DNA from: an uncultured Arcobacteraceae bacterium
GTDB lineage: Bacteria > Campylobacterota > Campylobacteria > Campylobacterales > Arcobacteraceae
Length of the DNA stretch: 51,837 nt
NCBI GenBank assembly: GCA_964022095.1
Contig: CAXHZO010000017.1
Location: 1-51,837, forward strand
Reading direction: 5' to 3'
The notes under the pieces are model-generated. The model was not told where the DNA came from. It ran no database searches and was given only the letters and a program-made list of their open reading frames with translations. How positions within the stretch are numbered: position 1 is the first letter of the stretch; the number at the start of each line of letters is the position of its first letter. A program made the translations under genes and the position numbers. Positions 37,651 to 48,325 of this stretch are shown in pieces.

Positions 37651-38230
37651 TTGCCTCTTTTACAAAATCAAGCATTTTTTGCTTATCTTTTTTGCCTTTA
37701 GAAGCTTCTACTCCACTACTAACATCAACTCCATAAAAACCAAATCCATTTAACTCTTTTAAGTTTTTAGAAGTTAATCCACCTGCAATAATAAATTTTG
37801 AACAATCAACTTTTTCAAACCAATCTAAAGCAAGTCTTTTACCTTCACCTCCAAAACCTTCTACAAAAGCATCAACTAGGGCAAAATTATTTCCTACTTG
37901 TAAAATATCTGATTCTTCTTTAACTCTTAATACTTTTATATACTTTACATCTAGTATTTCAAAATCTGTATAATTAAAATCATCAATAACTTGAGCTAAT
38001 TGCATCTTTGCATTTGCACAAACTTGATTTATATAATGTTCATTTTCATTTACAAATAAACCAACTGTTTGTACAAAAGGAGGAATTGAATCTACGATTT
38101 TTCTAGCTTCAAAAGGATCGATATATCTAGGACTTTTTGAATAAAAAACAAAACCTAAAGCATCAGCCCCTGCATTAATAGCATCTAAGGCATCTTGTAA
38201 GTTTGTAATACCACAAATCTTAACTTTCAT
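37637..38230 (-). CDS. trpF: Phosphoribosylanthranilate isomerase
   Basis: KICGIT, SPRYI, IAGGL, VDVSSGVE. Confidence 0.95.
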   Translation of the reverse strand: MKVKICGITNLQDALDAINAGADALGFVFYSKSPRYIDPFEARKIVDSIPPFVQTVGLFVNENEHYINQVCANAKMQLAQVIDDFNYTDFEILDVKYIKVLRVKEESDILQVGNNFALVDAFVEGFGGEGKRLALDWFEKVDCSKFIIAGGLTSKNLKELNGFGFYGVDVSSGVEASKGKKDKQKMLDFVKEANEIK

Positions 38231-38233
38231 TTT

Positions 38234-38875
38234 TTAAACCTGTAAACTCTTGATTGCTTTAGAATAATCATCATTTCCAAATACGTATGAACCGGCAACA
38301 ACAACATCAACTCCTGCATTTTTTAGTTCGTGAATATTTTTGTCATTTACTCCACCATCAACTTCAATTAAACAATTTGGATTTCTCTTATTTATAAGTT
38401 CTTTTAACTTTTTAGTTTTTTCTATAACTGAAGTAATAAACTTTTGTCCCCCAAACCCTGGGTTAACTGACATAAGTAAAACCATATCTAAATCTTCTAA
38501 TAAATACTCAATTGATTCAGGTGTTGAGTGAGGATTTAGTACAATTGCAGGTTTTATACCATAGCTTCTAATTTTTTGAATAAGTCTATGTGGATGTTTC
38601 TCACTTTCAATATGAAAAGAGATATATTCAGGTTTTAAAGGAGCAAAAAGCTCAACAAAAAATGTGTTGTTTTCAACCATTAAATGAACATCAAGTGGTT
38701 TAGTTGCTGCTTTAGCAACAGGATTAACAACAACAGGTCCAATAGTCATATTTGGAACAAAGTGTCCATCCATTACATCAACATGAATAAAATCACAACC
38801 ACCATCACAAATAGCTTTTATTTCTTCATCTAATTTCCCAAAATCTGCAGATAATATCGAAGGTGCAACTAACAT
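38234..38875 (-). CDS. rpe: Ribulose-phosphate 3-epimerase
   Basis: APSILSADF, HVDVMDGHFVPN, MSVNPGFGGQ; start set at ATG 38875. Confidence 0.97.
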   Translation of the reverse strand: MLVAPSILSADFGKLDEEIKAICDGGCDFIHVDVMDGHFVPNMTIGPVVVNPVAKAATKPLDVHLMVENNTFFVELFAPLKPEYISFHIESEKHPHRLIQKIRSYGIKPAIVLNPHSTPESIEYLLEDLDMVLLMSVNPGFGGQKFITSVIEKTKKLKELINKRNPNCLIEVDGGVNDKNIHELKNAGVDVVVAGSYVFGNDDYSKAIKSLQV

Positions 38876-38984
38876 ATAAAACAAGCCTTTTTATAAAATT
38901 TAAGGATTATATCATTTATAGTTTTTATACTCTATAAAAGTTTGTATATTATATAATTAATATAAAAAATTAAATGAGCTTTTT

Positions 38985-40007
38985 ATGAAAAAATATTTAC
39001 TACTTTTATGTTTAATAATTTCAAGTGTTTATAGTAACAATCAAATTCAAGAGTATGAAAAAGCTTTAAAGCTTGAAGAAGAAGGTAAGCTACTTGAAGC
39101 TATGGAAATATATAAAAAAATTGCAAAAAACAACTTATCAAATGAAGATAAATACTTATTAAATGTAAAAGATACTAATAATGATAAGCAAACTGAGTCT
39201 TTTACAAGCATGAAAAAAAACTTCTATCAAAAACAAATTGATAAAATAAATGATAATGAAACAGATGAAAGCATAAAACAAATAACTGTTGGTGATTTTG
39301 ATTTATATCCTTATGAAAAAAACTACTTATTACCAGTAACATATGATTTACAAAATAATAGTGATGGTCGAAGTAAATTTGAAACCCAGTTCCAAATTAG
39401 TGTAGAAAAGCCAATATCTTATGATTTTTTTGGATTAAATGAAACGATCAGTGGAGCATACACACAAAAATCTTTTTGGCAAACTTCAAAAGAGTCATCT
39501 CCTTTTAGAGAGACAAACTATAAACCAGAGGTTTTTGTAATGTTTCCATATACAAACTCTGAAACACTAAAAGCTATAAAGGTGTCAGTTTTGCATGAGT
39601 CAAATGGAAGGAACAATGAATTCTCAAGATCATGGAATAGAATTTATGCACAAGGTTTCTTTCAACTTTCAAATCTATTCATATCTCCAAAAGTTTGGTA
39701 CAGAATTCCTGAAAAAAGCAATGACGATGATAATCCAGATATTGAAGATTATTATGGTTATGGAGATTTAACTTTATTATATGCATATAAAAAACACACT
39801 TTTGAATTAAATTTACGAAACAATTTAAAATTCAGTGAAAATAATAAAGGAGCAGTAGATTTTAATTGGGCCTTTCCACTTCCTTCATTTTTATCTACTA
39901 AAAACTCTTATGGGATGTTAAATATCTTCTCTGGATATGGCAATAATTTAATAGATTACAATGAAGAAGTAAATAAAATAGGTCTAGGAATAGCTTTTTC
40001 TAGATAA
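38985..40007 (+). CDS. pldA: Outer-membrane phospholipase A
   Basis: YTQKSFWQ, PFRETNY.PE, HESNG, SRSWNR. Confidence 0.94.
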   Translation: MKKYLLLLCLIISSVYSNNQIQEYEKALKLEEEGKLLEAMEIYKKIAKNNLSNEDKYLLNVKDTNNDKQTESFTSMKKNFYQKQIDKINDNETDESIKQITVGDFDLYPYEKNYLLPVTYDLQNNSDGRSKFETQFQISVEKPISYDFFGLNETISGAYTQKSFWQTSKESSPFRETNYKPEVFVMFPYTNSETLKAIKVSVLHESNGRNNEFSRSWNRIYAQGFFQLSNLFISPKVWYRIPEKSNDDDNPDIEDYYGYGDLTLLYAYKKHTFELNLRNNLKFSENNKGAVDFNWAFPLPSFLSTKNSYGMLNIFSGYGNNLIDYNEEVNKIGLGIAFSR

Positions 40008-40442
40008 CTATTTTAAATTTTGAACATAATAGTATATTGCCTCAATCTCATCTTCAACTAAAAAGTACGTAGGCATTATATTTGCATAATACATTAACTT
40101 GTCACATACTTGATCTTTAGTGAATTTTTTATTAGGATTTCTTTTTTGGTTAATTTTATTTTTAAAAGTCTCTGCATCAGTTTCAGTGATACTTGGAATA
40201 ATCATACTACAGTTATATTTCTTTTTCTTATATGTATGAGTAAAGTTAACTAACTTTTTTCCTTCTGCTTTTTGTCCATGACACTTATTACAGCCTATTC
40301 CTCTAGGATTATTATAAAGCATTTTTCCATATTCAAACTTTGTAATAAAAGAGTTATCAATATCAATAACTTTTTTTTCTTGATCTTCTAAAGCAAAAGC
40401 TAAACTACTTACTAAAACTAATAAAAAAAATATTTTATTCAT
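40008..40442 (-). CDS. Periplasmic monohaem c-type cytochrome
   Basis: Signal peptide, CNKCH, distal MP; start set at ATG 40442. Confidence 0.8.
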   Translation of the reverse strand: MNKIFFLLVLVSSLAFALEDQEKKVIDIDNSFITKFEYGKMLYNNPRGIGCNKCHGQKAEGKKLVNFTHTYKKKKYNCSMIIPSITETDAETFKNKINQKRNPNKKFTKDQVCDKLMYYANIMPTYFLVEDEIEAIYYYVQNLK

Positions 40443-41023
40443 TAACACCCTAAACTTTCTCTATTTTTTATAAACCAATATAAACTGAACATTAATCCAG
40501 GTGTTTTTGCTTTTGACTCATCAAAAATAAACTCATCAATTTTATCAATTGGTAAAAACATTATTTCAATATATTCATCATTAATACCTCCACCATCATG
40601 TACTTTCATACTTTCATCAATTTTTGCAAAATAGACACTTTGACAGCCACCACTTACTCCAACATTATTATAAAATTGAGCTATCTTTGAGATATTCTCA
40701 ACCTTTACATCATATCCACACTCTTCATCAATTTCTTCTTTAACAATATTCTCTAATGGAATATCTTTATCAACTAAACCAGCACATAGTTCATAAGTAA
40801 ACTTTTTACTTTTGTCACTTAAGTATACAGGTGCTCTAAATTGATTTACCAGTAAAAAGGCATCTTTTTGAGTATGGTATAAAAGAACAGCAACACTATC
40901 ATGACTTCTTACCGCTTCCCAACTTTTATCTTTGCCATTTAATGTATATGTAACTCTAACTGGATGAATAAACCTAGTATCTTCTAAATCAATTACTTTA
41001 AAATTTTTTAATTCAATATTCAT
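40442..41023 (-). CDS. NUDIX hydrolase (NudK/ADP-sugar pyrophosphatase-like)
   Basis: QFRAP, ELCAGLVD...EEIDEECGY Nudix box. Confidence 0.88.
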   Translation of the reverse strand: MNIELKNFKVIDLEDTRFIHPVRVTYTLNGKDKSWEAVRSHDSVAVLLYHTQKDAFLLVNQFRAPVYLSDKSKKFTYELCAGLVDKDIPLENIVKEEIDEECGYDVKVENISKIAQFYNNVGVSGGCQSVYFAKIDESMKVHDGGGINDEYIEIMFLPIDKIDEFIFDESKAKTPGLMFSLYWFIKNRESLGC

Positions 41024-41097
41024 AATTATATCTTCTTATATATTTTATTTATTCTAACTAAAAAAGTAAAAAACTCTTTTTAAATCTAATTTTGTTC

Positions 41098-42264
41098 TTA
41101 CTGCTTTATAGAATTAAAATCTACAATAAAAGAGCTTCCAACATCAATTTGTGATTCTAAATTCAATTTTAAATCATACTCTTGACATACTCTTTTTACA
41201 ATATCTAAGCCTATACCAAATCCACCTTCTATATTATTTCCTCTTTTGTATCTTTTAAAAATCTCTTTTTGTTCTTGAATACTAATACCTATTCCAAAAT
41301 CTTTTACTGTAAATATATTATCTTTCAAAGTTATTTGAATTTGTGAATTCGAACTACTGTATTTTATAGCATTTGATATTAGGTTATTAACTAATTTTTG
41401 TGTTTTTGTTCTATCCATTTTTATAAGACAATTTTCTAAAGTAGAATCTAATACAATATTTTTAGTAATAGATATATCTTGAAAAAACTCAATACTTTCA
41501 CTAACTAAATCTTTTAGGTTAAAAATTTCATAAACATCTTCATTTATATCATTAAATGCTGCAAAATGAATATCATTATAAATTTGTGAAATCTGTTTTG
41601 AACTACTTAAAATATATTTCATCATTTTTTCAGGGTTTTTCCCTTTTTTTAACATACTTACTGATGTCATAAGAACAGAAACTGGAGTATTTAATTCATG
41701 TGCTGAATCTTTAATAAACTTATCCATTGATTCAACTCTAGCTTGTGCAGGTTTTAATAGTGTCTTAGCTAAAAAATAAGCAATACAAACAATAAATACA
41801 ATTCCTATAATAAATGCAAATAAAATATATAATTGAAGTTTTTTTGTATCCTCATAATTTTTACAAGTTTCCATTACAATATATCTAATTGGAATATCAT
41901 CATCTTTAATTGTTGTAATAAAGTAATCAAAACCTTTATTAGAGTACAAAGCCTTTTTCAAATCTACAAATTTTTGATTTTTTAAATCAGAATAAATTAG
42001 ATTTTTATCTTTATCATACAATGCATATTTTAATCTATTGTCTTTTAATTTATTTGGATTGAATTCTTGGTGTTTCATATGAGAATCTAAAATCTCATTT
42101 TTTAGCTCCATTGTTGTACTACTCATCCACATATTACAATGCTCTTTTAGTAATTTTACTTCATTATTATAATAAAAATAAAGCATGATTCCCACTAAAA
42201 AAACACCTGAGCCAACATAAATTGTAAGAAACTTTCTTAATGCACTTTTTTCATCTCTATTCAA
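41098..42264 (-). CDS. Two-component sensor histidine kinase
   Basis: Two TMs, HELNTP H-box, NAIKY, DFGIG, GFGIGL. Confidence 0.93.
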   Translation of the reverse strand: MNRDEKSALRKFLTIYVGSGVFLVGIMLYFYYNNEVKLLKEHCNMWMSSTTMELKNEILDSHMKHQEFNPNKLKDNRLKYALYDKDKNLIYSDLKNQKFVDLKKALYSNKGFDYFITTIKDDDIPIRYIVMETCKNYEDTKKLQLYILFAFIIGIVFIVCIAYFLAKTLLKPAQARVESMDKFIKDSAHELNTPVSVLMTSVSMLKKGKNPEKMMKYILSSSKQISQIYNDIHFAAFNDINEDVYEIFNLKDLVSESIEFFQDISITKNIVLDSTLENCLIKMDRTKTQKLVNNLISNAIKYSSSNSQIQITLKDNIFTVKDFGIGISIQEQKEIFKRYKRGNNIEGGFGIGLDIVKRVCQEYDLKLNLESQIDVGSSFIVDFNSIKQ

Positions 42265-42916
42265 ATCTGTACCCTATTCCTCTAATTGTAGTAATTCTTT
42301 CTTTCCCAACTATCTCTCTTAAGTTTTTTATATAAACTCTAATAGTAGCATCCGTTGGCATCTCTTCATATGCCCAAATATTTTGTAATAATTCTTCACT
42401 AGATATTACTCTATTTTTATGATTACAAAAATATTTTAATATATCTCTTTCTTTTTGAGCAATTTTAATAATCTTCGTGTCTGTTTGAATTTGACATAAT
42501 TCTGAGTCAAAAACTATATTTTCAGATATTGATATTTTGTCATCTTGTTCTATATTGAACTGTCTACAAAGCTTTAGTATTCTTTGATCTAATTCTTCTA
42601 AATCAAATGGCTTTTTTATATAATCATCAACACCATTTTCAAAAGACTCTTTTAAATGTTTTGTATCTTGATAAGCTGTTAAAATTATAGTTGGAACTTT
42701 TTTCTTATAATCAGTTCTAATAGTTTTTAAAACCTCTATTCCACTTAAATTTGGAGTATTTATATCTAATAAAGCTAAATCAAACTTTTCATCAATTAAT
42801 TTTTCTAAGGCATCTTGTCCATCTAAGCTTACAACTACTTCAAAACCCCTATCTTCTAAGTGGTCACTTAATAAGTCATTTAGTGCAATATCATCTTCTA
42901 ATAGTAAAACTTTCAT
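42257..42916 (-). CDS. OmpR-family response regulator
   Basis: LLEDD, LLDI, KPF receiver motifs; RGIGY winged helix. Confidence 0.94.
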   Translation of the reverse strand: MKVLLLEDDIALNDLLSDHLEDRGFEVVVSLDGQDALEKLIDEKFDLALLDINTPNLSGIEVLKTIRTDYKKKVPTIILTAYQDTKHLKESFENGVDDYIKKPFDLEELDQRILKLCRQFNIEQDDKISISENIVFDSELCQIQTDTKIIKIAQKERDILKYFCNHKNRVISSEELLQNIWAYEEMPTDATIRVYIKNLREIVGKERITTIRGIGYRFE

Positions 42917-42991
42917 ATTAATTCCTATTTATTATTTACAATTATATTTTAAATTTGTTTACTATATGTGTATTTAAAAAAGATCTTTAAA

Positions 42992-45640
42992 TTAGGCTTT
43001 TTTTAAAACAATTTTAAATCTTATTCCTTTTTGATTAATACCTTTATCATCTATCTTACTTATATCAATTAATTCTAATCTACCATTAACTTTTTCTATA
43101 ATAGTTTTAGTCATATAAAGCCCTAATCCAGTGCCTTTATCTTCTTCTTTTGTAGTAAAATATGCATCAAATATTTTTCCTTTTAGATCATTATTAATTC
43201 CACCTGCATAATCATCAACAAAAATAAAAAGCTCTTCTTTCTTTTGCTCAATATTTACAAAGATTTTATCAATAGAAGGCTTATTTTCAATTATTTGATC
43301 CCTTGAATTATTAAAAAGATTAATTAATACTTGAACAAGTTCATTTTCAAAACCAATTGTATTTAAGTCTTCATACTCTTGTTTAATATCAAATACAATA
43401 AATATTCCTTGATAATTAAAAATCTTTTGTACTAATTTAATAGATTTTAAAATCATACTACTAACATTATATTCATGAATATCATCATTTTTAAAAAAGT
43501 TTCTAAAATTTTCTATTGTTTCAGTTAATTGTTTAACTTGATATTTTATATCTTCATTATCTTTATGAGTATTTTCTATTGTGTTAATACCTAACATTAT
43601 TCTTAACTCTTGGGCTGATGAAATCATACTAATAGCATTTAATGGTTGTTTCCATTGATGAATAATCATAGAAATCATTTCACCCATTGTCGCCATTTTA
43701 TTATTTTGAATTAACTGAGCATCTTTTTGTCTATTTAGAAAAACAGCCTTATTTACTCTTTTTTCTAAATTTTCATTCATTAAAATTAATTCTTTTGTTT
43801 TTTCTTCAACTTTTTCTTCTAAATTTTCATTTAAAGAATTTTTTTCACCTATTAAATCTTCAATTTTAGAGGCCATTTTATTAAAAGCAAGTTCAAGCTG
43901 CCCTATTTCATCTTTTGATTTAATATCAATTCTATAATCTAAACTATTTTTAGAAATCTTTTTAGTTGCAAATATCAAATTTTCTATTTTTGAGGATATA
44001 TAGTTAGATAGCCATAATGCAATAAAAATTACCATTAAAATCATAATAACAGTATATACAGATAGTTCATTTATGATTTTTTTTATATTACTTTCAACAA
44101 TCTTTGCATTTTGTTCTACAACATCTTTTACTAAATCATTTTGTGTATTTAAAATCTTATTAACGTTCTCTCTTGTTTTATTTGCAGCTTCATGAAACTC
44201 TTCAACATTTGCTCCAATTGTTACAAATCCAAATCCAAGTTTAGAATTTCCATATTTACCAGTATAGTATGGAATAGCTGCAGCAGTTGTTAACTTCCAA
44301 ACTCCACTCCAAAAGATAATAAATGAACCATGTCCTCCATCTTTTACTAGTTCTCTCCACCCATGACATTGAGGTGCAAAATTCAGATATCTACAATCTA
44401 ATGGGAAGATTCCATCTTGGGTTACTTGAGACATTGTTGGTTTCTTTTTTAGTGTTTGATTATCATAAGTAGGATATTTTTCTAAAAATTCATAAGTATC
44501 CATATTTGTTTTTTCTATCTTTTCACTTATCTCACTACTTAGCCATGGTATTACACTTTTACCACTATTTTCATCATATCCATAAATAAAGTAATCTCTT
44601 GCATGGGATATATTTCTACCTAAATAATCCCACATAAATGCATAGTTACCTCTTTTTGCATCAGCAATATCAGTTTTTAAATAACTCCCTATAGTTTGAG
44701 CACTATCTGTTAATTCCATAACATGACGATGATCTAATGCAAGTGATAGATATCCTACTTTTTTATTTTCCTTAAAAACAGGGGTTACAAATCTAATAAT
44801 ACCTTCAAATCTTTTTCCATTTGGATTTTCTTTTCCAGCATATGCATAATTTTCAGGCTCAAAAGCTATATTTAACTCTTTTGCTTTATTTTTTGTAAAA
44901 CTTCCTATTATTTTTGTTCCAATATATTTGCCAATAACATCTGATACATAAATTTCATTACTTTTAATATCTTTTATTTCATTAAAATAAGTTTCTGAAT
45001 TAATATATGTATTTGATTTTTTTGAGATATTTAACTTTTTAGTATCAATTGTAGAAGTTTTATAAATCTCTTTTCCATTTAAGTCAAAATAGGTAATTTC
45101 TTTATATTTATTAATCTCTTTAGTATTAAATTTAATTGGCTTTAAATAATTAAACTCTCTTTCATTATCTTTTAGTACAACTCTTGAGATTGAATCTTCT
45201 TGTTTAATTTGATTTTCTAATATCCAAGTGTTAGTTTTATCATCAAATATATATTTACCGTGAACAAAGATTTTTCTTTTCTTAATATCAAAAAAATCTC
45301 TTAATACTTTGTCATTTAAATCTAGTTTAGATAAAAACAACAAGTCCTTATCTACACTATATAGTAAATTTGCAACTCTATTTGCAATATCCAAAGTAAG
45401 TTTTTCTAAATTTGTTTGTGATTGTTTATCTAGGTTTTTAATACTATCTTTAATAGACTCATTTGCAGTATTCAAAAGAATTTCTTTATTTTTACTATAA
45501 AGGTAATCTGTACTATTTTTCATGTAGGAATCAAGTTTTACAATACTTTCATATGCAATATATGAAATGATAACTAAGGGAAATATTTTAATTAATATGA
45601 ATAATAAAATTAATTTAATTCTAATTGATAGGTTTTTCAT
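42992..45640 (-). CDS. Large sensor histidine kinase (periplasmic Cache-like region, HAMP, HisKA, HATPase)
   Basis: DEIGQL..AFN.M HAMP, HQWKQPL H-box, FTTK..GTGLGL. Confidence 0.88.
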   Translation of the reverse strand: MKNLSIRIKLILLFILIKIFPLVIISYIAYESIVKLDSYMKNSTDYLYSKNKEILLNTANESIKDSIKNLDKQSQTNLEKLTLDIANRVANLLYSVDKDLLFLSKLDLNDKVLRDFFDIKKRKIFVHGKYIFDDKTNTWILENQIKQEDSISRVVLKDNEREFNYLKPIKFNTKEINKYKEITYFDLNGKEIYKTSTIDTKKLNISKKSNTYINSETYFNEIKDIKSNEIYVSDVIGKYIGTKIIGSFTKNKAKELNIAFEPENYAYAGKENPNGKRFEGIIRFVTPVFKENKKVGYLSLALDHRHVMELTDSAQTIGSYLKTDIADAKRGNYAFMWDYLGRNISHARDYFIYGYDENSGKSVIPWLSSEISEKIEKTNMDTYEFLEKYPTYDNQTLKKKPTMSQVTQDGIFPLDCRYLNFAPQCHGWRELVKDGGHGSFIIFWSGVWKLTTAAAIPYYTGKYGNSKLGFGFVTIGANVEEFHEAANKTRENVNKILNTQNDLVKDVVEQNAKIVESNIKKIINELSVYTVIMILMVIFIALWLSNYISSKIENLIFATKKISKNSLDYRIDIKSKDEIGQLELAFNKMASKIEDLIGEKNSLNENLEEKVEEKTKELILMNENLEKRVNKAVFLNRQKDAQLIQNNKMATMGEMISMIIHQWKQPLNAISMISSAQELRIMLGINTIENTHKDNEDIKYQVKQLTETIENFRNFFKNDDIHEYNVSSMILKSIKLVQKIFNYQGIFIVFDIKQEYEDLNTIGFENELVQVLINLFNNSRDQIIENKPSIDKIFVNIEQKKEELFIFVDDYAGGINNDLKGKIFDAYFTTKEEDKGTGLGLYMTKTIIEKVNGRLELIDISKIDDKGINQKGIRFKIVLKKA

Positions 45641-45718
45641 AGTAATCCTGGATATAATTAATATTGATTATATCCAAGATATTTTTAGTGTTTATTTATT
45701 CTTTATGTAAATTTTGAA

Positions 45719-46216
45719 TTATCTAAAGTTATCAAAAACTAAAGGTGCTTTTAACTCTAAACTTTTAAGATGTCTCATTACATTTTGTAAATCATCAAGA
45801 TTTTTTCCAGTAACTCTTATCTCATCACCTTGATTTACAGCACTAACTTTTAGTTTTAAACCTTTAATTTCTGTTTGAATTGTTTTTGCTTCATCTTTTT
45901 CAATTGAATCAATGATTTTAAATGAATACTTTCTATTAGCTCCACTACTATCTTCTTTTTTTAGCTCTTCTAAAGAGTTAATAGATATTCCTCTTTTGTT
46001 CATTTTAGAAATTAAAATATCTTTCATTGCATCAATTTTATTATCACTTGCACTAGTTAAAGTTATTGTTTTAGCTGTTTGATTAAAATCAATTTCTTTA
46101 GAAATTCCTTTAAAATCATATCTATTATCAATCTCTTTTTGTGCTTGTATTACAGCATTTTTCATCTCTTGCATATCAAGTTTTGCTGAAATATCAAATG
46201 AGTGTTCTTTTGCCAT
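45719..46216 (-). CDS. yajQ: YajQ-family nucleotide-binding protein
   Basis: SFDIS, RYDFKG, QGDEIRVTGK..DDLQ. Confidence 0.94.
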   Translation of the reverse strand: MAKEHSFDISAKLDMQEMKNAVIQAQKEIDNRYDFKGISKEIDFNQTAKTITLTSASDNKIDAMKDILISKMNKRGISINSLEELKKEDSSGANRKYSFKIIDSIEKDEAKTIQTEIKGLKLKVSAVNQGDEIRVTGKNLDDLQNVMRHLKSLELKAPLVFDNFR

Positions 46217-46285
46217 TTATTCTCCTTAAAATAGTACTTCTTATAATTTATTTATATTATAGATAAATGAAAGTTTTATAACTAT

Positions 46286-46314
46286 TAAACAAAAAGGATT
46301 TAACCTTTTGTTTA
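46286..46314 (-). terminator. Putative terminator after uraA
   Basis: TAAACAAAAAGG-ATTTAA-CCTTTTGTTTA imperfect hairpin directly after the stop codon. Confidence 0.5.
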
Positions 46315-47565
46315 TTATAAAATATGATCTTCTTTTCTTGGCTGTGGCAAAATTAAATTTAATATAATACCTGTAATTGCCCCAAGTCCAATTCCTGAAA
46401 AAGGAACACCACCAAGATTAAATGTCATTCCGCCAATTGAAAATACCAATATCATTGAAACAATAATTAAATTTCTAGGACAATTAAAATCAACATTAGC
46501 TCTAGTTAAAGTTGAAATTCCAACACTCGCAATAATTCCAAATAGTAACAACATAATACCACCCATAACTGGAACTGGTATTGTCGCTAATACTCCTCCA
46601 AGTTTTCCAACAAATGCTAAAATAATAGCTGCAATAGCAGCCCATGTCATAATTGCAGGATTGTATGCTTTTGTAACAGTAACTGCTCCTGTAACTTCAG
46701 AATATGTAGTATTAGGTGGACCTCCAAAAAGTGATGCAACAGATGTTGCTAAACCATCCCCTAAAAGAGTATTTTTTAAACCAGGCTTATCTAAATAATC
46801 TTTCTTTGTTACATTAGAAATAGCTAACATATCACCTATATGCTCAATCGCAGGAGCAATAGCAATTGGTAGAATAAACAAAATAGCTTGCCAATTAAAC
46901 TCAGGAGCAGTAAAATCAGGAATTGCAAACCAAGCAGCATCAATAACTGGTTTAAAACTCACTAAGCCTAAAAATAAAGCTACAATATAACCAACAATAA
47001 TACCACCTAAAATAGGAACTAATCTAAAAATACCTTTACCCAATAATGAGATTAGCATAGTAGTAAATAAAGCTACCATTGATACAATAATTGCTTGATC
47101 AAAAGGTATTAACTCAATTGCACCATCTCCTGTTTTTCCCATAGCCATATTAACAGCAACTGGGGATAAAATAAGTCCTATAGATATAATTACAGGTCCA
47201 ACTACAATTGCAGGAAGTAATTTATGAATAAATCCATCACCTTTTGCTCTAATTATAAAACTTAAAACAACATACAGTAAACCTGCTGCAATAAGTCCAG
47301 ACATTGTTGCAGCTATTCCCCAAGTTTGTACTCCATGTGAAATGGGAGCAATAAAAGCAAATGACGATGCTAAAAATATTGGAGGAATATTTCCTTTATT
47401 AACTAATTGAAAGACAAGTGTCCCAATTCCTGCAGTAAATAATGCTACATTTGGGTTAAGACCTGTCAAAATAGGTACTAAAACTAATGCACCAAATGCA
47501 ACAAATAAAAACTGAATACCTAAAATAGAGTCTTTAACCCTAAAGTTATAATCTGTGAGCTTCAT
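46315..47565 (-). CDS. uraA: Uracil permease (NCS2/UraA)
   Basis: SSFAFI, EHIGD, PNTTYSE; divergent from upp. Confidence 0.9.
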   Translation of the reverse strand: MKLTDYNFRVKDSILGIQFLFVAFGALVLVPILTGLNPNVALFTAGIGTLVFQLVNKGNIPPIFLASSFAFIAPISHGVQTWGIAATMSGLIAAGLLYVVLSFIIRAKGDGFIHKLLPAIVVGPVIISIGLILSPVAVNMAMGKTGDGAIELIPFDQAIIVSMVALFTTMLISLLGKGIFRLVPILGGIIVGYIVALFLGLVSFKPVIDAAWFAIPDFTAPEFNWQAILFILPIAIAPAIEHIGDMLAISNVTKKDYLDKPGLKNTLLGDGLATSVASLFGGPPNTTYSEVTGAVTVTKAYNPAIMTWAAIAAIILAFVGKLGGVLATIPVPVMGGIMLLLFGIIASVGISTLTRANVDFNCPRNLIIVSMILVFSIGGMTFNLGGVPFSGIGLGAITGIILNLILPQPRKEDHIL

Positions 47566-47679
47566 ATATTATGTTTCCTTTTTTAAAATATATTACTCTT
47601 TTTTTTATTCTATTTTAATGAAACCAGTATCTAATTTATAAGTGATTTTAGTATAGAATACACTTATAAAAGGATAATT

Positions 47680-48300
47680 ATGTACAAAGAAAGTAAAAAT
47701 GTAGTAGTAAAACATCTAGTAAATAGACTAAGAGATATAAGAACAAATTCTAATGAATTCAGATTAACTATTGAAGAAATTTCAAGAATTATTGCATCAG
47801 AAGCATTAAGTGAATTTCCCACAATAACAACTAATATTCAGACATGGCAAGGACCACTTGATGTTGAAGTATTAGAAGTTCAAAAGTTAGTATTGGTACC
47901 AATTTTAAGAGCAGGTGAGCCAATGTTAACAGGAATACTAAGAACACTACCTTATGCAAGAAGTGGCTTTCTAGCAATGAAAAGAGATGAGCAAACAGCA
48001 CTAAGTAAACTATTTTATGAAAATATACCACCATTAGAGGATAAAACTGTTTTACTTTTAGATCCAATGATTGCAACAGGAGGCTCATTAATTGACGGTA
48101 TTGATTACTTAAAAAGTAAAGGTGCTAAAAAAATCATATCTTTAAATATTTTAGGAGCTCCAGAAGGAATTAAAGCTGTTCAAGATGCACATAATGATGT
48201 TGATATTTATATAGCTCAAATTGATGAAAGATTAGATGACCATAAATATATTAGACCTGGCCTTGGTGATGCAGGAGATAGAGCATTTAATACAAATTAA
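47680..48300 (+). CDS. upp: Uracil phosphoribosyltransferase
   Basis: PILRAG, DPMIATGGS, YIRPGLGDAGDR. Confidence 0.97.
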   Translation: MYKESKNVVVKHLVNRLRDIRTNSNEFRLTIEEISRIIASEALSEFPTITTNIQTWQGPLDVEVLEVQKLVLVPILRAGEPMLTGILRTLPYARSGFLAMKRDEQTALSKLFYENIPPLEDKTVLLLDPMIATGGSLIDGIDYLKSKGAKKIISLNILGAPEGIKAVQDAHNDVDIYIAQIDERLDDHKYIRPGLGDAGDRAFNTN

Positions 48301-48325
48301 CAAAACAAGATTTATTCTTGTTTTG
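48301..48325. terminator. Bidirectional terminator hairpin
   Basis: CAAAACAAGA-TTTAT-TCTTGTTTTG. Confidence 0.6.
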
